Assembly (NCBI GenBank): GCA_963713825.1
Contig: CAVQNG010000001.1
Location: 224,001 to 288,000 of the forward strand
Origin: an uncultured Acidobacteriota bacterium
GTDB taxonomy: Bacteria; Acidobacteriota; Thermoanaerobaculia; Multivoradales; JAHEKO01
Length of the DNA stretch: 64,000 nt
Direction of reading: 5' to 3'
Both the position numbers and the translations under genes were made by a program. A model generated the notes under the pieces. That model was not told where the DNA came from and ran no database searches. It was given only the letters and a program-made list of their open reading frames with translations. Positions 30,728 to 39,261 of the stretch are shown piece by piece; position 1 is the first letter of the stretch, and every line of letters begins with the position of its first letter.

Positions 30728-31589
30728 CTTTGCCAAGGTCAATCTGCACCTCGAAGTGCTGGGATTGCGTCCTGACGGGTACCACGAGTTGCGCACGGTG
30801 TTCCAATCAGTGGATCTTTGCGATCTGGTGAGTCTGGAGATTGCTGGCCGCGGGGTCCAGCTGGAGGTCGTCGACCAGGGGCTACCATCCGATGGACGGA
30901 ACCTCGCCTACAGAGCCGCGGCGCTCTTTTTGGAGACGTGGCCCTTGGCGGACGGAGTTCGTATCACTCTCGAGAAGCACATCCCGATGGGTGGCGGGCT
31001 CGGAGGCGGCAGTAGCAATGCGGCATCTGTGCTGCACGGCCTGCGAGACCTTCTCGATGCAAAGCAGGCGAGCGACGGTCAGTTGGTCCAGCTCGGGCGC
31101 AGCCTTGGCGCCGATGTACCTTTCTTTTTCACCGGCGGCACAGCTTTGGGGTCTGGACGAGGCGATGAGATCACAGCGTTGCCAGATCTGCCGGAGCGGC
31201 AGATCTGGCTTGTAACTCCAGCTGTGGAAGTCTCGACCGCCTCGGTGTTTCGAGAGTACAGGGAATTGACAGCGGATCAGGAGGTTTCTAGTATGGGTCC
31301 GCTCGTCTGGGGGGAGGACGCGGATTGGGGGGTAGTGGACGGGTCGTGGAATGACTTGGAGACCCTCGTGACGAGTCGATTCCCCGAGGTGCGCCGCGTA
31401 TATAATGCGCTGGTCGAGGCCGGAGCAGGCCTGGTGCGGCTGTCCGGAAGTGGCGCTACCTGCCTGGCATTCTTCGAGGGTGCAATAGAGAATGCCGAGT
31501 TGGCAAGCAGGTTACCGAGCAACTGTCGTGTGTTTCGAGGTCGCACACTGAGTCGCTCTACGGTTCAGAGACTTCGTGTCGTTCAGTGA
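30708..31589 (+). CDS. ispE: 4-diphosphocytidyl-2-C-methyl-D-erythritol kinase
   Basis: AKVNLHL, DGYHEL, IPMGGGLGGGSSNAA, LGADVPFF and SGSG. Confidence 0.96.
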   Translation: MRTTYRSFAKVNLHLEVLGLRPDGYHELRTVFQSVDLCDLVSLEIAGRGVQLEVVDQGLPSDGRNLAYRAAALFLETWPLADGVRITLEKHIPMGGGLGGGSSNAASVLHGLRDLLDAKQASDGQLVQLGRSLGADVPFFFTGGTALGSGRGDEITALPDLPERQIWLVTPAVEVSTASVFREYRELTADQEVSSMGPLVWGEDADWGVVDGSWNDLETLVTSRFPEVRRVYNALVEAGAGLVRLSGSGATCLAFFEGAIENAELASRLPSNCRVFRGRTLSRSTVQRLRVVQ

Positions 31590-31602
31590 AGGGGACAATT
31601 CG

Positions 31603-32010
31603 ATGCTCATCACCGAGGTCAAAGTTTTTCCAGTCGACGAAGAAAAGCTGCGGGCCTTTGTCTCCATCGTCTTCGACAACTGCTTCATGGTCAACGACAT
31701 CAAGGTAATCCAGGGCAAAGATGGGCTATTCATCAGTATGCCGAGCCGCAAGAAGCGCAATGGGAAATTCAAGGACGTTGCCCATCCGCTCAACAATGAA
31801 ACTCGGAAAATGCTCGAAGAGCAGATCCTGTCGGAGTATGATCACGTGTTGTCTGGGCAGAGCTCAGGTGAAGCAAGGGACAAGAGTCAGCCGGTGCCGC
31901 CTGCCAGAGAAGAGCCGCCCGCGGTCAATCAATTGGAAGAAAATCTCGAGAAGAAGAGCCTCGAGGAAGTAGCAGAGATGCATCTGAGGGATTCCTTCTG
32001 GAATTCCTGA
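31603..32010 (+). CDS. spoVG: SpoVG-family nucleic-acid-binding regulator
   Basis: MLITEVKV, FDNCFMVNDIKVI, GLFISMPSRK and FKDVAHP. Confidence 0.93.
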   Translation: MLITEVKVFPVDEEKLRAFVSIVFDNCFMVNDIKVIQGKDGLFISMPSRKKRNGKFKDVAHPLNNETRKMLEEQILSEYDHVLSGQSSGEARDKSQPVPPAREEPPAVNQLEENLEKKSLEEVAEMHLRDSFWNS

Positions 32011-32116
32011 TCGGATCGACTCGGGGAAACAGGAGCTTTGCAGATCATTCGGGTGCTCTCCTGGCCCCGCAAGCTGGCTCCGCGGAGATTCGAGAAATCG
32101 ATGGGCGGTCTCATGA

Positions 32117-32191
32117 TGGGGCGTCGCCAAGTGGTAAGGCACCGGACTTTGGATCCGGCATTCGTAGGTTCGAATCCTACCGCCCCAGCCA
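32117..32191 (+). tRNA. tRNA-Gln (anticodon UUG)
   Basis: TGGGGCG...CGCCCCA acceptor stem, D-loop TGGTAA, anticodon arm CCGGA-CTTTGGA-TCCGG, T-loop GTTCGAATC and encoded CCA. Confidence 0.97.
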
Positions 32192-32223
32192 TTTAAGCCA
32201 CTTGTCCGATGGGGAAACATGTG

Positions 32224-33165
32224 ATGTACGGTGATCTGAAGGTTTTTGGCGGGCGAGCACACCCCGGATTGGTCCGAGAGATCGGTGAGTACCTGAACTT
32301 GGAACTCGGGTGTGTCGAGGCATTCAATTTCTCCGACGGCGAGATCTTCTGTCAGATCGACGAGAATGTTCGCGGGTCGGATACCTTCGTCATTCAGCCA
32401 ACTTGCACCCCGGTCAATGAAAACCTCGTTGAGTTACTGATTCTGCTCGATGCCCTCAAGCGCTCCTCGGCCTCCCGAGTCACGGCGGTGATTCCGTACT
32501 ACGGCTATGCCCGCCAAGACAAGAAGGACCGACCGAGGGTTCCGATTACCGCCAAGCTGGTGGCGGACCTGATATCGGCGGCTGGAGCCGATCGGATTCT
32601 GACGATGGATCTGCATGCCTCACAGATTCAGGGCTTCTTCGATGTGCCGGTCGATCATCTTTTCGCGGCGCCGGTGCTGCTGGAGGCCATTCGCGAGTTG
32701 GATATTCCGGATCTGATGATTGTCTCCCCGGATGCCGGTGGCGTCGAGCGAGCGCGGGCCATCGCCAAGCGACTGGATGCTGGGCTGGCCATCGTCGACA
32801 AGCGCCGCGAAGCACCGAATCGGGCCAAGGTCATGCACATCATCGGGGATGTGGAGGGGAGAAGCGTTCTCCTGATTGATGACATCATCGACACTGCGGG
32901 CACTCTGACTTCGACAGTACAAGCGCTGCGGGACAACGGAGCCGAGCGCATACTCGCCGCGGGTATTCACGGAGTCCTGTCGGGTCCTGCCCTGGATAGA
33001 ATCAGGACGTCTCCCCTGGAGACGGTCCTTGTCACGGATACAACGCCTCTCGAGGAGAAACTGAGCCAGTGCGACAAGCTCAAGCCACTGTCAGTGGCGC
33101 CCCTCCTGGGTGAGGCCATTCGAAGAATTCACGAGAACAGCTCAGTGAGCTCACTGTTCGTCTAG
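32224..33165 (+). CDS. prs: Ribose-phosphate pyrophosphokinase
   Basis: FSDGE, PYYGYARQD, DLHASQIQGFF, VSPDAGG and DDIIDTAGT. Confidence 0.97.
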   Translation: MYGDLKVFGGRAHPGLVREIGEYLNLELGCVEAFNFSDGEIFCQIDENVRGSDTFVIQPTCTPVNENLVELLILLDALKRSSASRVTAVIPYYGYARQDKKDRPRVPITAKLVADLISAAGADRILTMDLHASQIQGFFDVPVDHLFAAPVLLEAIRELDIPDLMIVSPDAGGVERARAIAKRLDAGLAIVDKRREAPNRAKVMHIIGDVEGRSVLLIDDIIDTAGTLTSTVQALRDNGAERILAAGIHGVLSGPALDRIRTSPLETVLVTDTTPLEEKLSQCDKLKPLSVAPLLGEAIRRIHENSSVSSLFV

Positions 33166-33188
33166 CCAGTTGGGAGTCCTTTTTTGTC

Positions 33189-33875
33189 ATGAGTGATATC
33201 ACCCTCGAAGTTCAATCACGCGAAGAAACCGGCACCAGCCCCAATCGGCGGCTGCGTGCCGCGGGTTTCATCCCCGCTGTTGTCTACGGTGGCGGCTTGG
33301 ATCCTGTGGCCATTCAGGTCGAACGCAAGACCTTGCATGATCTGTTCAAACAGACCGGTGGCGAGAATGCGGTTTTCCTGCTCAAGATGGCGGGCACCGA
33401 TCAGAAGCGCCACAGCATGGTCCGGGAGCTGACGATCGATCCCATCACCCGGCAGGTGGTCCATATCGATTTTCTCAGGATCCTGATGACTGAAAAGGTC
33501 AAGGTCCAGGTTCCCATCGACCTCGCAGGAACACCTGCTGGCGTCAAGAACGACGGCGGCGTCCTCGATTTCATCACTCGCGAAGTCGAGGTCGAGTGTC
33601 TTCCTGGCGACATACCTCAGACTCTGGAGCTCGACGTCACCGCCCTGGAAATAGGGGCGCACTACGAGGCCAAGGACCTCGAGCTGCCGAAGAGCGTCGA
33701 GCTGATGGTAGAGCTCGACAAGGTCATCGTTGCGGTGGCTCACAGCCGTGTAGCTACCGAGGTGGAAGAGGCCGAGGCGGAAGCCGCAGAGGCAGGGCTG
33801 CTCGAGGAAGAGGCTGCCGAGCCCGAGCTCATTGGACGTTCGACAGAGGACGAGGCCGAAACCGAGGACGAGTAG
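33189..33875 (+). CDS. rplY: 50S ribosomal protein L25/Ctc
   Basis: RRLRAAGFIPAVVYG and HIDF, plus Ctc-type C-terminal domain and acidic tail. Confidence 0.95.
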   Translation: MSDITLEVQSREETGTSPNRRLRAAGFIPAVVYGGGLDPVAIQVERKTLHDLFKQTGGENAVFLLKMAGTDQKRHSMVRELTIDPITRQVVHIDFLRILMTEKVKVQVPIDLAGTPAGVKNDGGVLDFITREVEVECLPGDIPQTLELDVTALEIGAHYEAKDLELPKSVELMVELDKVIVAVAHSRVATEVEEAEAEAAEAGLLEEEAAEPELIGRSTEDEAETEDE

Positions 33876-33953
33876 GGAAGGGGTCGGCTCTACCCCGGGT
33901 GTGGTTTTGCTGGCGCAGATCCTGTTCGAATCCCCTCCGGTACCCAACCAGCG

Positions 33954-34547
33954 ATGAATGGGGCAGGGGCACAAGAGGTGAGCGGCGGAGTTCGACTCAT
34001 TGTCGGCTTGGGCAACCCCGGGGAGCGCCTTCGACGGACGCGCCACAATTTGGGTTTTGCCGTCGTCGAGGAGTTGTCGAGCCGTCGTGGTAGCGCCTTC
34101 GATCGTGTGGAATGTAAGTCACTGCTGGCAATCGAGCCTGCTCTGATACTCGCTCGACCACAGACCTACATGAACCGCAGTGGCTATGCCCTTCGTTGTC
34201 TGGTGGAGAAGCGCGAGTTGAAGGCGGAGAACATTCTCGTCGTCTTCGATGATGTTCACCTCCCTTTGGGGAAGATCCGGTTTCGCAAGTCCGGAGGCCC
34301 GGGTGGACACCGGGGGATGGAATCGGTGATTCAGAATCTGCAATGCGAGACGATCCCGCGACTCCGACTGGGAGTAGACAATACCGAGGCAGGGTTGGAG
34401 GGTGACGCTCTCGTCGAGTTCGTGCTTGCGCCGTTTCTTGAAGCGGAGCTCGGCGAAGTGGAGGCGATGATCGGTCGAGCGGCAGATGCCTGTGAGCGCT
34501 GGCTGGCTGACGGCGTCGAGGCGACCATGAATGAGTTCAACCGGTAG
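33954..34547 (+). CDS. pth: Peptidyl-tRNA hydrolase
   Basis: LIVGLGNPG, TRHNLGF, PQTYMNRSG and GGHRG. Confidence 0.95.
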   Translation: MNGAGAQEVSGGVRLIVGLGNPGERLRRTRHNLGFAVVEELSSRRGSAFDRVECKSLLAIEPALILARPQTYMNRSGYALRCLVEKRELKAENILVVFDDVHLPLGKIRFRKSGGPGGHRGMESVIQNLQCETIPRLRLGVDNTEAGLEGDALVEFVLAPFLEAELGEVEAMIGRAADACERWLADGVEATMNEFNR

Positions 34548-34622
34548 TTGGGCGATAGACCGTAGGCGAGCGGCAGTCTCGATCCGAGGCGAGGCGCGCC
34601 ATCTTGGAGGAGGAATCTGATC

Positions 34623-36698
34623 GTGGACATGATGAAACTGATGTATCTCGTACCGATCTGTGGAGTCCTGGCGCTGTTGTTCGCCTGGATTCGCAGTGCC
34701 TGGATCCGGCGGCAAGATGCCGGTAACGAGAGGATGAAGACCATAGCCGGACACATCCGAGAAGGTGCGATGGCCTTCCTGGGTCGTGAATACCGTGTTC
34801 TCTTGATCTTCGTTCTCGTCGTCGCAGGACTTCTTTCCTGGGCCAACGCCGGCAAAGCCGAAACCTCTGCTCTGATCGGACTGTCCCTCATCGCCGGTGC
34901 GTTCTGCTCGGCCTTGGCCGGATTCTTCGGCATGAGGGTGGCGACAGCGGCCAATGTCAGAACGGCGTCAGCAGCTCGCAACAGCTTGAACGAAGCCCTG
35001 CAGGTGGCTTTTTCTGGCGGTGCCGTGATGGGCTTCAGTGTCGTGGGCCTCGGGGTGCTGGGGATCTCGTTGCTTTTCCTGCTCTATGCCGGGATCTTCG
35101 AATCGGGCAATCCTCAAGCCGACCTGATGAGGGTCGTCACGGTGCTGACTGGATTCTCATTTGGCGCCAGCTCCATCGCCTTGTTCGCCCGCGTTGGGGG
35201 TGGCATCTACACCAAGGCCGCTGATGTGGGCGCTGATCTCGTCGGCAAGGTGGAGGCCGGGATTCCGGAAGACGACCCACGCAACCCAGCGGTCATTGCT
35301 GACAACGTCGGCGACAACGTCGGGGATGTTGCTGGTATGGGTGCCGATCTGTTCGAGTCTTATGTGGGATCGATTATCGGTACCCTGGTGCTGGGTGCCA
35401 ATGCCACGCTCTTGAGCGGCGAAGCCTATACCCCCATGCTGGTACTTCTGCCCATGGTCCTGGCCGGCGTCGGAATCGTCGTCTCGCTACTCGGTACCGC
35501 TCTGGTGCGCACCAAGGAAGGGGGCGAACCGGGCAAGGCGCTACACCGTGGTCCGATGTTCTCGGCGGCCGTCATGTTGGTCGCTATCTGGGGGTTCTCG
35601 AAGTGGCTTCTGGCGGATACCTATGTCATCTCGGGAGTCGAGTTCACGGCTGCGGGGGTGTTCTGGGCGACCTTGGCAGGCCTCGTTGGTGGTGTGCTGA
35701 TCGGCTTGATCACGGAGTACTACACCTCTGAGTCGAGGAAACCGGCACAGGGAATCGCCAAGGACAGCCTGACCGGTGCGGCGACGAACATCATCTCTGG
35801 GCTGGCGCTCGGCATGCGCTCCACAGCTGTGCCGGTGATCGTCCTGGTGGCGGCGATTCTCGTGGCGCACGATCAAGCAGGGCTCTATGGGATCGCGATT
35901 GCCGCACTGGGGATGCTCTCCACGACCGGAATCCAGCTGGCTGTCGATGCCTACGGTCCCATTGCGGACAACGCAGGTGGGATTGCAGAAATGGCACAGC
36001 TGGGGCCGGAAGTGAGGGAGCGGACCGACAAGCTGGACGCAGTAGGCAATACGACTGCAGCGATCGGCAAGGGCTTTGCGATTGGCTCGGCGGCGCTGAC
36101 AGCACTGGCGCTCTTCGCCGCCTTTCGAACGACTGTTGGGCTGGAGACCATCGATCTGGCGAATCCGAAGGTCATGGGAGGTCTCTTCCTGGGAGCCATG
36201 CTGCCGTTCCTCTTTTCGTCCATGGCGATGCGGGCCGTCGGCCGGGCCGCCTTCGAGATGATCGAGGAGGTGCGTCGTCAGTTCAAGGAGATCCCCGGGC
36301 TTATGGAGGGCAAGGCCGAAGCCGACTTTGCGACCTGCGTGGACATTTCCACCCGAGCCGCCATCAGGGAAATGGTGGCCCCTGGATTGCTGGCCGTGAT
36401 CGTTCCGGTAGCTGTGGGCTTCTGGGACACAGCGGCGCTGGCGGGGGTCTTGGCGGGTGTCACGTCGTCGGGAGTCATGATGGCCATCTTCATGGCCAAC
36501 GCCGGTGGAGCTTGGGACAATGCCAAGAAGTACATCGAAGGCGGGGCCCATGGCGGCAAGGGATCCGATGCTCACAAGGCGGCAGTGGTGGGAGACACGG
36601 TTGGAGATCCTTTCAAGGACACGGCCGGTCCCAGCCTCAACATCCTGATCAAGTTGATGTCGGTAGTGGCGCTGGTCCTGGCGCCTCTGCTCGTCTGA
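34623..36698 (+). CDS. hppA: Membrane-bound K+-dependent, probably Na+-translocating, pyrophosphatase
   Basis: [47 protein letters not shown] and [11 protein letters not shown]. Confidence 0.95.
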   Translation: MDMMKLMYLVPICGVLALLFAWIRSAWIRRQDAGNERMKTIAGHIREGAMAFLGREYRVLLIFVLVVAGLLSWANAGKAETSALIGLSLIAGAFCSALAGFFGMRVATAANVRTASAARNSLNEALQVAFSGGAVMGFSVVGLGVLGISLLFLLYAGIFESGNPQADLMRVVTVLTGFSFGASSIALFARVGGGIYTKAADVGADLVGKVEAGIPEDDPRNPAVIADNVGDNVGDVAGMGADLFESYVGSIIGTLVLGANATLLSGEAYTPMLVLLPMVLAGVGIVVSLLGTALVRTKEGGEPGKALHRGPMFSAAVMLVAIWGFSKWLLADTYVISGVEFTAAGVFWATLAGLVGGVLIGLITEYYTSESRKPAQGIAKDSLTGAATNIISGLALGMRSTAVPVIVLVAAILVAHDQAGLYGIAIAALGMLSTTGIQLAVDAYGPIADNAGGIAEMAQLGPEVRERTDKLDAVGNTTAAIGKGFAIGSAALTALALFAAFRTTVGLETIDLANPKVMGGLFLGAMLPFLFSSMAMRAVGRAAFEMIEEVRRQFKEIPGLMEGKAEADFATCVDISTRAAIREMVAPGLLAVIVPVAVGFWDTAALAGVLAGVTSSGVMMAIFMANAGGAWDNAKKYIEGGAHGGKGSDAHKAAVVGDTVGDPFKDTAGPSLNILIKLMSVVALVLAPLLV

Positions 36699-36827
36699 TG
36701 TGGAGACCGGGGATAGGTTAGGAGCGGAGAGATATCCGGATTGGCAGTTGATTTTGGCCAGAGATCGGCTAGAATCGGCGGCCAGCAGTCTCGAAGCGCC
36801 GGCTAGGCTGGTGCTTCTATCCATCAA

Positions 36828-36874
36828 CCTCTCTGTCCCCAGCTGATCTGGGGACTGACAAGGCCAGAGGGAGG
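36828..36874 (+). promoter_or_regulatory. Candidate S6:S18 autoregulatory leader RNA upstream of rpsF
   Basis: TCCCCAG/CTGGGGA hairpin nested in a CTCTCTG/CAGAGGG stem that overlaps the SD, with a CCA next to it. A -10 TAGAAT lies at 36770-36775. Confidence 0.55.
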
Positions 36875-36885
36875 ATTCAATATCT

Positions 36886-37278
36886 ATGCGTGAGTACGAG
36901 TTGATGTTCGTGGCTGACCCTCGTCTCTCCGACGAGGAAGTGGTCGGTCTGAGCCAGGATTTTCAGAAGATGATCACCGATGAGGGTGGAGTGATCGCCA
37001 AGGAAGAGAGCTGGGGGAAACGGAAGCTGGCTTATCCGATCAACAAGCTGACGGAAGGGCACTACGTGCTGCTGCATGTGCAGAGCGAAGACAGCAGCCC
37101 GTTCGGCATGGCGCGACAGAGGATGCAGCAGAGCGACAACGTGCTGCGGTATCTGACGGTCCGCATGGACGCCGGTCGCCTCAGGACACGAAAATCTGAC
37201 AAACCGGCAGCTGAAGAAGCAGCGCCCACCGTCGAAGCTTCGACCGAGACGGCCGCAGTCAGCGAGGAGGAAAACTAA
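36886..37278 (+). CDS. rpsF: 30S ribosomal protein S6
   Basis: [18 protein letters not shown] and VLRYL. Confidence 0.96.
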   Translation: MREYELMFVADPRLSDEEVVGLSQDFQKMITDEGGVIAKEESWGKRKLAYPINKLTEGHYVLLHVQSEDSSPFGMARQRMQQSDNVLRYLTVRMDAGRLRTRKSDKPAAEEAAPTVEASTETAAVSEEEN

Positions 37279-37529
37279 TGGCACCCGCAGCCAGAGGTTC
37301 GGGCAAGAAAAAGTTCTACTTTCGGCGTCGGAAGGTCTGTCGAATGTGTGCCGACAAGATCAATACCGTGGACTACAAGGACATTCGGTTCCTCCAGCAG
37401 TATCTGGTCGAGCGTTCCAAGATCCTGCCGCGCCGGATCTCGGGTACCTGCGCCAAGCACCAGCGCGTCATTCAACAGGCGATCAAGCGGGCTAGACATC
37501 TGGCCTTGCTGCCCTATACGTCGGACTAG
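37278..37529 (+). CDS. rpsR: 30S ribosomal protein S18 (Zn-binding C+ type)
   Basis: [28 protein letters not shown] and ARHLALLPY. Confidence 0.97.
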   Translation: MAPAARGSGKKKFYFRRRKVCRMCADKINTVDYKDIRFLQQYLVERSKILPRRISGTCAKHQRVIQQAIKRARHLALLPYTSD

Positions 37530-37538
37530 GAGGGCATC

Positions 37539-37985
37539 ATGCAAGTCATCTTGATGCAGGACGTCATGCACACGGGCAAGCGGGGCGAGATCGTCAACGT
37601 CAAGCCGGGATACGCGCGGAACTTTCTCATTCCCAAGGGATTCGCTCTCGAAGCGACGCCGGGAAACCAGAAGTACTTCGATCAGCAGCGCAAGAAGATC
37701 GATGTACGACATGCCAAGGAACGTGATGCGGCTCAAGAGATCGCTGCGGCGATCGCCAGCCTGCAATTGCGCATTGCCAAACGGGTCAGTGAGGCGGAAA
37801 CGCTCTACGGATCGGTCACGGCAGGTGAGATCAACGAGCTCCTGCATGAGAAGGGCGTGACTGTCGACCGGCGGCGCATCGATCTCGAAGGTGGAATCAA
37901 AACCCTGGGTGAGCATCTGGTCAGGATCGAGCTTCACCCCGAAGTCGTTGCGGAAGTCACGGTTACTGTCGAAGCGGAAGAGTAG
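37539..37985 (+). CDS. rplI: 50S ribosomal protein L9
   Basis: MQVIL, VKPGYARNFLIP, LYGSVT and IKTLG. Confidence 0.97.
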   Translation: MQVILMQDVMHTGKRGEIVNVKPGYARNFLIPKGFALEATPGNQKYFDQQRKKIDVRHAKERDAAQEIAAAIASLQLRIAKRVSEAETLYGSVTAGEINELLHEKGVTVDRRRIDLEGGIKTLGEHLVRIELHPEVVAEVTVTVEAEE

Positions 37986-37990
37986 GCCAG

Positions 37991-39241
37991 ATGTCGAGCC
38001 CGGAGTCGCCCAAGCCGGATCCCTCGATCGAGGACTTCATCGGCGAGCCGACGCGTGATCTGTCGGCTTGGCGCTGGCTTTGGGAGGGGAACCACTCCTT
38101 TCCCGTAATCACGCGGCGGCCGGGGGTGATGGGTTGGGTCGAGCATCTTCTGAAGCGGTTCTCCCGCTTGTTCAGACCAGCCGTAACGCTACCCCAACAC
38201 GACCTGTGGGTGCGTCAACAGACCTTCAATCTGATCGTGTTGGAGAACCTCGAGTTCCTGCAAAGGGCACCGAGCGATTTCATCCGAGACCTGCGACAGG
38301 TCCGTGACGATCTGGTGAGAGATGTCCAGAACAATCACCGGCGCATCACCTACCTGGAGGCCTTCCCGCGGGAAGTGCTGACCGATTTCAATCAGCATAC
38401 GGATGCCCTCTATGCCCTGATGGACCAAAGGCTGGACCGATACCGCAGAGAGAGCAAGCACTATTGGAGTCGATTGGGAAGCTTGCTCGCTCTGGTCGCC
38501 GAGTCTGGTGAGGAGCCGGTCAGCCAAGCGGCGCTGGAAGAGGCTTGGCGCGAACAGAGCTACCTGGAGCTCGAGGATCGCTTCCGGGGCACCCGCGAGG
38601 AGATCTCGGACAGGGCCCAGGCATATCTGGGCCACTTGGAGGGTAAGGGTTCGATTCTGGACCTGGGGTGTGGTCGCGGCGAGATGCTTGCTGTCTTGGA
38701 GGAGCACGGTCTGACGGCGCGAGGCGTCGACCAGAGCGAGGAGATGGTGTCTCACTGCAGGAACTTGGGTCTGACCGCTGACAGGATCGATCTCTTTGGC
38801 GCGCTCGCGCAAGCGCCAGAGGGAAGTCTCGGGGGGGTGCTCTCCGTGCACGTGATCGAGCACCTCGAGCCGACAGATCTGGATCGTCTTGTACGACTGG
38901 CGTGGCGAGCCCTGGAGCCAGGCGGGAGCCTGATTCTGGAAACCCCGAACCCTCTCTCGCTGGTGGTGGCGGCAAGAAATTTCTGGCTCGACCCGACCCA
39001 CCGTAGGCCGGTGCATCCGGCGACACTCATGCTGCTGTTCGAACAGGCTGGATTCGACCCGGTCGAGCGCCTCGATCTGCGCCCCTTCGAGGTCGAGGAT
39101 CGCCTACCCGAGATCGATTTGTCTGATCTATCCGAAGACATCAAGCCCGTGGCGGATCACGTCAACCGGCTGCGGGACCAATTGGATGAGCTGCTCTACG
39201 GGTTTCAGGACTACGCCATGGTGGGTACCAAGCCCGAGTAG
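37991..39241 (+). CDS. Class I SAM-dependent methyltransferase with N-terminal coiled coil (surface-glycan type)
   Basis: LEDRFRG, LDLGCGRGE, HVIEH, ETPNP and FWLDPTH. Confidence 0.85.
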   Translation: MSSPESPKPDPSIEDFIGEPTRDLSAWRWLWEGNHSFPVITRRPGVMGWVEHLLKRFSRLFRPAVTLPQHDLWVRQQTFNLIVLENLEFLQRAPSDFIRDLRQVRDDLVRDVQNNHRRITYLEAFPREVLTDFNQHTDALYALMDQRLDRYRRESKHYWSRLGSLLALVAESGEEPVSQAALEEAWREQSYLELEDRFRGTREEISDRAQAYLGHLEGKGSILDLGCGRGEMLAVLEEHGLTARGVDQSEEMVSHCRNLGLTADRIDLFGALAQAPEGSLGGVLSVHVIEHLEPTDLDRLVRLAWRALEPGGSLILETPNPLSLVVAARNFWLDPTHRRPVHPATLMLLFEQAGFDPVERLDLRPFEVEDRLPEIDLSDLSEDIKPVADHVNRLRDQLDELLYGFQDYAMVGTKPE

Positions 39242-39261
39242 CCGCACCTCCCCGACACGAG

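Noticed and set aside
32117-32220. tRNA-Gln as an integration site
   Set aside because: There is no integrase and I saw no duplicated tRNA 3' end. prs follows directly in the conserved order.
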